Assembly (NCBI GenBank): GCA_964514975.1
Contig: CAZESS010000004.1
Span: 33,708-97,707 of the forward strand
DNA length: 64,000 bases
DNA from: an uncultured Thermoplasmatales archaeon
Lineage (GTDB): Archaea; Thermoplasmatota; E2; UBA202; DSCA01
Direction: 5' to 3'
This document shows positions 57,725-64,000 of the stretch, in pieces. How positions within the stretch are numbered: position 1 is the first letter of the stretch; each line of letters starts with the position of its first letter. Under the pieces are notes generated by a model that saw only the letters and a program-made list of their open reading frames with translations, had not been told where the DNA came from and made no database searches. The position numbers and the translations under genes were made by a program.

Positions 57725-57923
57725 ATTAATGTTGCGTCCATGCCGGGGAAAGCACCTGGATGGGCAGGGGAGGCATAAAAAATGATGCAGCGGACGCATT
57801 TTTTCCTGCCCATCCGGGTATGGATTTCACTGGCGCCCGCTCATCCGTTTTTCACATCTACAACGCACAACGCATATATATAATTTTCCCTTTTTGCTAA
57901 CGTTTTGTAAGCAAATAGTGTCG

Positions 57924-58358
57924 TTATGGAAGGTCGTACAGCCCCGCCAAACGGGCATTTTCCTTCACCGACAGGCCGGCATCACCGACCACGAGCAGCG
58001 CCACGATATCCCCGCCTGCCTCCACCGTCCGGGCCGGAACACAGGCGCCAGCGTCAAGGAGCCGGGGCAACGACCGGAGCAGCGCACGTCCCACGGTCAG
58101 CCGCTCGTTGAACACCACGCGGTACACGCCCCCGTCGAGCGTCCACCAGCCATAGTCATCGCCGGGCCGGCGTTTCTCTGGCATTATTTCCTCAGCCGGG
58201 GCAGCACGGTACTCGCCGCCGCCAAAGTCAAGATGGCCTTGTCCCGTCAGCTGCCATATCTCCGCCGCGGTCAGGTCAACCCGGCGGTCATGCACCTGCG
58301 TCTTCCCATGGATGGTGCCCTTCAGAGCCTCAAACAGGTCCGAACCATCGCGAGTCAT
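57924..58358 (-). CDS. Short dCTP deaminase/dUTPase-fold protein
   Basis: IHGKTQV...VDLTAAEI, LDFGGGE, YGWWTLDGGVYRVVFNE, ENARLA. Confidence 0.7.
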   Translation of the reverse strand: MTRDGSDLFEALKGTIHGKTQVHDRRVDLTAAEIWQLTGQGHLDFGGGEYRAAPAEEIMPEKRRPGDDYGWWTLDGGVYRVVFNERLTVGRALLRSLPRLLDAGACVPARTVEAGGDIVALLVVGDAGLSVKENARLAGLYDLP

Positions 58359-58437
58359 GGTATCATTTCATATCAAGGCGGAGACATAAAAATGTTTCAC
58401 ACCAAACCACATAAACCCCCGGCAGCGTTTCCATCAC

Positions 58438-58929
58438 ATGAACATCTTCGTCACCGGCGCACCCGGCTGCGGCAAATCCACCCTGATACAGCAGCTCAAA
58501 CAGCAGATGGAAAACCGTAGCATCGCCGGCATCGTCACTCCGGAACTCAGAAAAAACGGCACACGACACGGATTCAAGCTCGTAGACATCGCCACCGGCG
58601 AAGAAGCGGTGCTGGCCTCCAGGGACATATCCCCGGCGGTCATCGGCAGATACGGCGTCAACCTGGCGAGCATCGACCACATCGTCAACCTGTTTCTGCG
58701 CTCCGCCGAGCAGGCAGATGTCATCCTCCTCGACGAAATCGGCCCCATGGAGCTCCGGTCCCTTCGCTTCAAAGAAGCAGTCCGACAGGTGCTGGAGATG
58801 GAGCAGCCCGTGGTGGCCACGCTTCACCGCCGCCTGACAGACCGATATGGAGAGCACGGCAGGGTGCTCAGGCTCACCCGCGACAGCTTCGACGAGGTGA
58901 AACAAAACATCCTCCACAGGCTCGGGTGA
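58438..58929 (+). CDS. NTPase_1 (THEP1/HCR-NTPase) family nucleoside triphosphatase
   Basis: IFVTGAPGCGKST, GIVTPELR...GFKLVD, IGRYGV, LLDEIGPMEL. Confidence 0.92.
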   Translation: MNIFVTGAPGCGKSTLIQQLKQQMENRSIAGIVTPELRKNGTRHGFKLVDIATGEEAVLASRDISPAVIGRYGVNLASIDHIVNLFLRSAEQADVILLDEIGPMELRSLRFKEAVRQVLEMEQPVVATLHRRLTDRYGEHGRVLRLTRDSFDEVKQNILHRLG

Positions 58930-58944
58930 TGAGCCACCTGGCGG

Positions 58945-59490
58945 TTACAGCGACCCGCGGTAGCGCTCCCATTCGCTAAACAGGCAGCCGCAGTATTTTT
59001 GCCGGTACAGGCCATACTGCATGGCGATGGCCTTCCCCTGGTCCCAGCCCTCCCGGAAATCCTGGTAATGAAACGGCACCCCGTAGCGCCCGGCGAGCTC
59101 CTCACCGATATCCCTGACGGCGTCATGTTGCTGATGATGGGACACGAGCAGGGTAGAGGTGAACGCGTCAAAACCGTTGTCGGCGGCATGCTCCGCCGTG
59201 GCATCGAGACGGATGCGGTAGCATCGCTGGCATCGCTCACGTCGTCCCCCCTCGCGCATCGCCGACAGCGCCTCCTCGAGATATGGCAGGGGGTCGTAGT
59301 CACCATAATGAACCTCGACGTCCTCGAGGGAGGCATATTTTTTGACCGCGTCCTCCCGTGCATGGTATTCCATGTAGGGATGGACGTTGGGATTGTACCA
59401 GAAGCCGACGACCTCGTGGCCGTCCTCCCGGAGCTTCTTGTGGGGAAAGGCGAAGCAGGGGGCACAGCAGATGTGGACCAGGACTGCCAT
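58945..59490 (-). CDS. queH: Epoxyqueuosine reductase QueH (DUF208) family protein
   Basis: LVHICCAPC, FWYNPNVHPYMEY, RCQRCYRIRL, FTSTLLVS, LYRQKYCGCLFS. Confidence 0.88.
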   Translation of the reverse strand: MAVLVHICCAPCFAFPHKKLREDGHEVVGFWYNPNVHPYMEYHAREDAVKKYASLEDVEVHYGDYDPLPYLEEALSAMREGGRRERCQRCYRIRLDATAEHAADNGFDAFTSTLLVSHHQQHDAVRDIGEELAGRYGVPFHYQDFREGWDQGKAIAMQYGLYRQKYCGCLFSEWERYRGSL

Positions 59491-59528
59491 GGGCTGTCAA
59501 CGCCACGTCGGTTAAAAAATCTTTCCGC

Positions 59529-61019
59529 CTACTTGAACCGGGAGAGCAGCCGCCGCATCGCCCCTTTTTCCTCCTCGCCGTTGACGACGGTGGCCGCCCG
59601 GCCGCCGTGGCTTGACCTGCGCACCCTGACCTCGACGAACAACGGCGCGTTGATGGGCAGCCCTGATATAATGGCCATGCCGATGGGCAGGCGCTGTATC
59701 TCGTCGGCGGCGCCGCGAGTGAGCCCCTCGACCGAGGCGACGATGGCCTTGAGGTCGTTGGGGTTGGTGGTCTTCAGCACGATCTGGGTGTTGCACTGGG
59801 ACACCACGTTTTTTTCCACGCGGGCCGGGCGCTGGCTGACGATGGTGAGCCCCATGCCGAACTTGCGTCCCTCGGAGGCGATGGTCCGGATGATGTCCGA
59901 GGAGACCGCGTTGCCCATCCCCCGCTCGGGGCAGTAGCGATGTGACTCCTCGATGACGACCATGAACGGCGGGATGTCGCCCTGCTTGCGGCGCTCGAAC
60001 AGCTGGGTGAGGATGTGCGAGACCACGGCATCCTGGATGTGCTGGGGGACGCCCCGGAGGTTGAGGATGGAGCATGTTCCCTGCTGCACGAGCGATTCCA
60101 TCGGTGTCGCATCAGCCGAAAACAGGTTCATCTTGTCGAGCTCCTCGAGCTGCGGGATGACGTTCCATTTCGCGCTGCTTTTGACCTCTTTCAGGGCCTC
60201 GATGATGTCCGGCAGCAGGTAGACGCGCTTGGTTTCCTGCATGTCCTTGATGGCCTTGTAGAGGATGCCCTTCTGGACGCCGGTGAGCTTCGAGGGCAGC
60301 ACGTCGAGGAGGTCGTTCATACCGAGATTGATTTCGTCGATGTGCAATGGGATGGCATCGCTTTCCGGGTCGCCACCGGGCGCGTACAGTTCGACCTGTT
60401 CGCCGTATCCCCGGGGCTTGACGCCGAAGCGTTTCATCAGCCCGAGCTCCTCGTCGTCCAGGTTCGGCCGGATGAGCGACGCATATTCTCCATGGGGGTC
60501 GACGATGACCACCGGCACGTCATGCTCCATGAGCTCCTCGGTGATGACGCCGACGGTGTAGCTCTTGCCACTGCCGCTCTTGGCGAGCACCGCGATGTGT
60601 TTTTGCAGGAGAGCGTTGATGTCCAGGTAGACGGGGATGTCCATGTCCTTGAGCCGGCCGAGGTAGGCACCCTGCTCGGGCAGGCCGAGCACCTCACGGA
60701 CCACCGTCTCGGTTGCCGCATAGACGGGGCTGCCCTGCCGGAACGGCGAGCGGGGCACGCTGAGCCCACGCGCCGCACGATACCCGATGACGTCGGCCGT
60801 CGCAGAGATTTTTTGTTCCTCCTGCTGCGCGTTGCCTGACAGCACGCGCTCGAAGGAGACATCGGAGACCCGTTTGACCTTGCTTATCTGCGCCAGCACC
60901 CGCTGTCCCTCATGCTCGACGTAGACGTAGTCAAGGCGTTTTATCTGCTGGCCGGATGCAAAGGTAAACGACGTCGACGACGTGTCGCCGTAAATGGTCC
61001 CAATCCGCTCCTGCATCAC
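59529..61019 (-). CDS. HerA/FtsK-family (DUF87) ATPase with an N-terminal HAS-barrel
   Basis: HIAVLAKSGSGKSY, IVDPHGEY, VIEESHRYCP, IASEGRKFG, SQRPA, SQCNTQI. Confidence 0.9.
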   Translation of the reverse strand: MMQERIGTIYGDTSSTSFTFASGQQIKRLDYVYVEHEGQRVLAQISKVKRVSDVSFERVLSGNAQQEEQKISATADVIGYRAARGLSVPRSPFRQGSPVYAATETVVREVLGLPEQGAYLGRLKDMDIPVYLDINALLQKHIAVLAKSGSGKSYTVGVITEELMEHDVPVVIVDPHGEYASLIRPNLDDEELGLMKRFGVKPRGYGEQVELYAPGGDPESDAIPLHIDEINLGMNDLLDVLPSKLTGVQKGILYKAIKDMQETKRVYLLPDIIEALKEVKSSAKWNVIPQLEELDKMNLFSADATPMESLVQQGTCSILNLRGVPQHIQDAVVSHILTQLFERRKQGDIPPFMVVIEESHRYCPERGMGNAVSSDIIRTIASEGRKFGMGLTIVSQRPARVEKNVVSQCNTQIVLKTTNPNDLKAIVASVEGLTRGAADEIQRLPIGMAIISGLPINAPLFVEVRVRRSSHGGRAATVVNGEEEKGAMRRLLSRFK

Positions 61020-61069
61020 CCGTTAAATGCAAAGCCCGCTGTTATAGTTTGCGATATGCCGCTGTGCCG

Positions 61070-61498
61070 TCACTCGTAATAGACGGGTATGGCGTCCTGC
61101 TCGACCATGAGGCGGCTGCCCCTGGTCGCCATGAGCGAAAGATAACGCTTTTCCTGGAACGGCCGGGTAGGAGATGGGAAGGGAAGACTGACCGTGGCGA
61201 TTCCATCGGCGTTCGTGGTGCCCTCACCGGCCGAATGGAGGTCATAGATGGTGACGCTGGCTCCCGTAACTGGTTGCCAGTCGTTCCATGTACCCTCCAC
61301 CTCGATTGTCAGGTGCGATGGATGACTCATGCTGTACTGGAAAAAACTGTCCGTGCTGACATTGTTTATCCGCACGACGCGCGCCGTCAGCTCTCGTGGA
61401 AGATCCGGCCTAAAGGTTACAGAGGGAGCAACCCGGGCGACAGCAATCGCGATGAACGCCACGGCGATGACAAGAGCGAGCCACCGTTTCCACCGCAT
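61070..61498 (-). CDS. Hypothetical exported or membrane-anchored protein
   Basis: N-terminal basic plus hydrophobic segment; PVTGASVTI...GTTNADGIATV beta-rich motif. Confidence 0.6.
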   Translation of the reverse strand: MRWKRWLALVIAVAFIAIAVARVAPSVTFRPDLPRELTARVVRINNVSTDSFFQYSMSHPSHLTIEVEGTWNDWQPVTGASVTIYDLHSAGEGTTNADGIATVSLPFPSPTRPFQEKRYLSLMATRGSRLMVEQDAIPVYYE

Positions 61499-61574
61499 CG
61501 ACAGATAAGCAAGGCGGGATTAATAAAGCTATCTCCCAGCGGTATCCGTCGTTGACGTCATGCAAATCTCCCGT

Positions 61575-62057
61575 TCAAAGACCCGTCAGCAGCGATGCCA
61601 GCTCGCCGGGGCTGGAGACCATACAAAAATCCTCCTGCATGGCAGATGCAACGGCATCGGCCAGACGTTCCCGGACGACGACAACAGCGTGCGGCGCATG
61701 CCGGAGTGCAAAACGAGCTGGAGGCATCAATCCGTCGTGGCGGAGCTCGAGCGGGCCGAGCTCGTCGACGATGGTAAGCTGCCTTGTCATTGAACCACGA
61801 TAAATCGCCTGCCGGGCATGCCTGATGCCGGACCGGCGGAGCCGGTAGCGTCCCACCGGGATGCCATCTCCATGCATCCTGGCCAATGGTACCGTCACGC
61901 CGGTGGCAACATCGAGTGCGTCCATCCCTATCTTGTCGCCATTCCGAAAGAAGGGCAGCGTGATGACGCCGCCGCAGGCAATGTCGAGCGATGGCACGAG
62001 ACCATGCAAAAACGTGCTCTTTCCGCTGCTCCGTCGTCCCGCATAGAGGATGTTCAT
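61575..62057 (-). CDS. Divergent NTPase_1/DUF2478-like P-loop NTPase
   Basis: MNILYAGRRSSGKST, GGVIT, VGRY, IVDELGPLEL; start overlaps the upstream stop. Confidence 0.8.
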   Translation of the reverse strand: MNILYAGRRSSGKSTFLHGLVPSLDIACGGVITLPFFRNGDKIGMDALDVATGVTVPLARMHGDGIPVGRYRLRRSGIRHARQAIYRGSMTRQLTIVDELGPLELRHDGLMPPARFALRHAPHAVVVVRERLADAVASAMQEDFCMVSSPGELASLLTGL

Positions 62058-62698
62058 AACAGCAGGATGCCGATCCAGCACAGGACGGAGACAGCCGAGG
62101 CCATCGGATAATAGACCTCCTTTCTCACCGAGGCGATACGCTCCGAGAGATTCGCTGGCAGCGCCAGCAGCGCGGGCAGCGTCGCACCGGCAAGCAGGCC
62201 GGCCAATGTGGCATGGGAGAGCGCCCGGGGCAGCAGCGCCGCGGCGTCGGCCAGGATGAGCGGACCACCGGCCACGACGGGAGTGAGCATCTGCGTCGCC
62301 ATGTAGCCGACGGCGTACATCGTGTAGCCGGAGATAACGCCCATGCCGATGCGCATCGACGGGCTGTCAAGGCGGTCGATGCGGAGGCGCGGGCTACGCC
62401 AGATAATCTCGAAGATGGCACCCTCGACGGCGATGGCGATCGCCGAGCAGAGCATGCAGCCACCGACGGGATGCATGTATTTCAGGGCGCCAGCGAGCGC
62501 GCCCATGCCGAGCTGCATGCCCGGCTGCCGGTACATGACCCGGGTTGCGGCCATCAGACCGAAGCCCACCAGACCGGTCATGATTGAGCCGGCGGGTAGC
62601 GACGTGCTGTACAGTGCGTCGCCGAGTGCGCATTCGAGCAGTCCCCAGATGGAGCCAAACAGGACGATGCCCGTTATCAGATGTAGGTTTTGTTTCAT
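62054..62698 (-). CDS. Uncharacterised multi-pass (~6 TM) membrane protein
   Basis: MKQNLHLITGIVLFGSIWGLLECALG, CSAIAIAVEGAIFE; hydrophobic throughout. Confidence 0.75.
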   Translation of the reverse strand: MKQNLHLITGIVLFGSIWGLLECALGDALYSTSLPAGSIMTGLVGFGLMAATRVMYRQPGMQLGMGALAGALKYMHPVGGCMLCSAIAIAVEGAIFEIIWRSPRLRIDRLDSPSMRIGMGVISGYTMYAVGYMATQMLTPVVAGGPLILADAAALLPRALSHATLAGLLAGATLPALLALPANLSERIASVRKEVYYPMASAVSVLCWIGILLL

Positions 62699-62700
62699 GG

Positions 62701-63126
62701 TTATCCCACCGGTATTTCTATGAGGTTGGCCACCCAGAACTGTTTGGGCAGCTCGCTGAATATGATGCGTTTGCCGTCCATGTCGGAGAGCACGCTGTCC
62801 TGGACGTGTTTCCATTCCACCTGCTTGGAGTAGCCGTCGGCGCCGGCGAACGTGTAGTCGTGCGCTGCCGGTTCCGTGACGCCGGCGTGTGTGAGGACGT
62901 CGGCCATGGCGATGCCCGTGTAGCGTTCGTCATCGTATCCGGTGATTGTCTGCTCGGGGTAGATATCGGTGAGCTCCGCATAGGTGATATCCATGCCATT
63001 GACGGTGATTCTGTCGGTGGTTTCCTGCTGCTGGAACGACTGGACGTATATCGTGGCTGCGGTGCCGAGGAGGAGCAGGCCTGCCGCTATGAGCGGGATG
63101 ATGCGCCGCGTCGCGGCGTGCTTCAT
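62701..63126 (-). CDS. Membrane-anchored small protein resembling the molybdopterin-dependent oxidoreductase (sulfite oxidase-like) fold
   Basis: N-terminal TM; YTGIAMADVL...FAGADGYS...WVANLIEI pattern. Confidence 0.6.
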   Translation of the reverse strand: MKHAATRRIIPLIAAGLLLLGTAATIYVQSFQQQETTDRITVNGMDITYAELTDIYPEQTITGYDDERYTGIAMADVLTHAGVTEPAAHDYTFAGADGYSKQVEWKHVQDSVLSDMDGKRIIFSELPKQFWVANLIEIPVG

Positions 63127-63338
63127 CTCTTGTCCTCCGTGTCGGGCATGGTCGCGATGAGCCATCCTGCGACGCCGAAGCAGACGAGCACGATGGTCAC
63201 GGAGTAGATGCCGATGTCCACCCAGGCGCCATAGGTGATGTTCCAGGCAAGGTAGAATATGATGCCTGCGATGGCTGTCAGGAGTGACACGATTGCCTTG
63301 GGATTCCGAACGGTTTCCTGTATCATGTTTTCTATCAT
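63123..63338 (-). CDS. Small two-TM membrane protein
   Basis: 71 aa, two hydrophobic helices, WVDIGIYSVT; stop overlaps the next start. Confidence 0.7.
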   Translation of the reverse strand: MIENMIQETVRNPKAIVSLLTAIAGIIFYLAWNITYGAWVDIGIYSVTIVLVCFGVAGWLIATMPDTEDKR

Positions 63339-63361
63339 ACTATCGCTCCATGTGAGGGGGA

Positions 63362-63503
63362 TGGGAGCACTGGGATTTGAACCCAGATCGGCGGGTCTCT
63401 TCTATGGGTCATCGCTCCAGTTAATCGTCACCTTTCGGATGACCCTCTTGTATTCATTCCCATAACTGGAGCCCGCAATGATCCCTGGTTACACCATGCT
63501 CCC
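63362..63503 (-). tRNA. tRNA-Trp(CCA) with a 69-nt canonical 37/38 intron (63397-63465)
   Basis: Reverse complement GGGAGCA...GCGGG-CTCCAG[intron]A-CCCGC-CGAT-CTGGG-TTCAAAT-CCCAG-TGCTCCC-A; 73 nt after splicing. Confidence 0.93.
63397..63465 (-). ncRNA. Intron-encoded box C/D guide RNA targeting C34 and C39 of its own pre-tRNA-Trp
   Basis: C-like ATGAAT, D' CCGA, C' GTGACGA, D-like ATGA; guide AACTGGAGC places D+5 on C34 and guide GGGTC places D'+5 on C39. Confidence 0.85.
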
Positions 63504-63726
63504 GAGAGGGCAATAGTGTATTACCTCCTCTTATTTAAACTTTAAATTCCGGCTGGGGTGACATCGTGGCGGGCGGCACCGTTTTCAGGAGGAACATGGC
63601 CGGCTGGCGGCGGCTGCCGCGCTGGCGAAAATATCGGGGATGCGGCATGTCACGTCCGCCGGTGGTGGAAACATAACGCAAAACAGCCGAAATCTTTTTA
63701 TAGAACCACTGCCATAGTATACCGAG

Positions 63727-64000
63727 ATGTTGGGAGAAAAAAACACCACAGCCAAAAAAATAGACGAAATTACCGAATGCCCTGAATGCGAATCGAAACG
63801 CATTGTCCAGGATTACCACCGGGGAGAACTTGTCTGTCAGAACTGCGGGCTCGTCGTCGACGAGTCATTCATCGACCAGGGACCGGAATGGCGCGCATTC
63901 GACGCAGAGGAACGAGCCGCCAAAGCCCGAACCGGCCCGCCGACGGACTACCGCAGCGGAAAAAATAGCATAAGCACCATCATCCGGGGGACCAGAGACA
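63727..64000 (+). CDS. tfb: Transcription initiation factor IIB (TFB), N-terminal part (runs off the window end)
   Basis: Manual translation MLGEKNTTAKKIDEITECPECESKRIVQDYHRGELVCQNCGLVVDESFIDQGPEWRAFD: Zn ribbon and B-reader. TATA-like TTTTTATA upstream. Confidence 0.92.
   Translation, partial: MLGEKNTTAKKIDEITECPECESKRIVQDYHRGELVCQNCGLVVDESFIDQGPEWRAFDAEERAAKARTGPPTDYRSGKNSISTIIRGTRD

Overview
An archaeal chromosomal window of about 60% GC. It is most consistent with Thermoplasmatota (inference from the unsplit RpoB, RpoA'' with an N-terminal extension, smc-scpA-scpB and the LonB type). Housekeeping content: ileS (partial), rpl1-rpl10-rpl12, pyrH, rtcA, a 2-oxoacid:ferredoxin oxidoreductase (fused gamma-delta, alpha, beta), LonB, SMC-ScpAB, rpoH-rpoB-rpoA1-rpoA2-rpl30e-nusA, two intron-containing tRNAs and a partial TFB. 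The main accessory feature is a ~16 kb minus-strand cell-surface cluster (19202-35290). It encodes a 1861-aa pilin-headed beta-helix adhesin, a beta-helix/PKD protein with a duplicated C-terminal module, a secreted FN3/PKD protein ending in a dockerin, a membrane-anchored protein with two cohesin-like domains, and a second pilin-like protein. This looks like a non-catalytic, cellulosome-like cohesin-dockerin assembly linked to type IV pilin-like subunits. Other highlights: a LuxE acyl-protein synthetase coupled to a transglutaminase-fold protein rather than LuxC; a tRNA-Lys(UUU) with a 33-nt T-loop (59/60) intron in a clean BHB motif; RpoA'' with three HhH domains; an archaeal QueH; an MNT-HEPN pair; and an uncharacterised membrane/NTPase four-gene operon. 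No CRISPR array, transposase, integrase or rRNA was seen. All domain calls come from motif recognition by eye, not from database searches.
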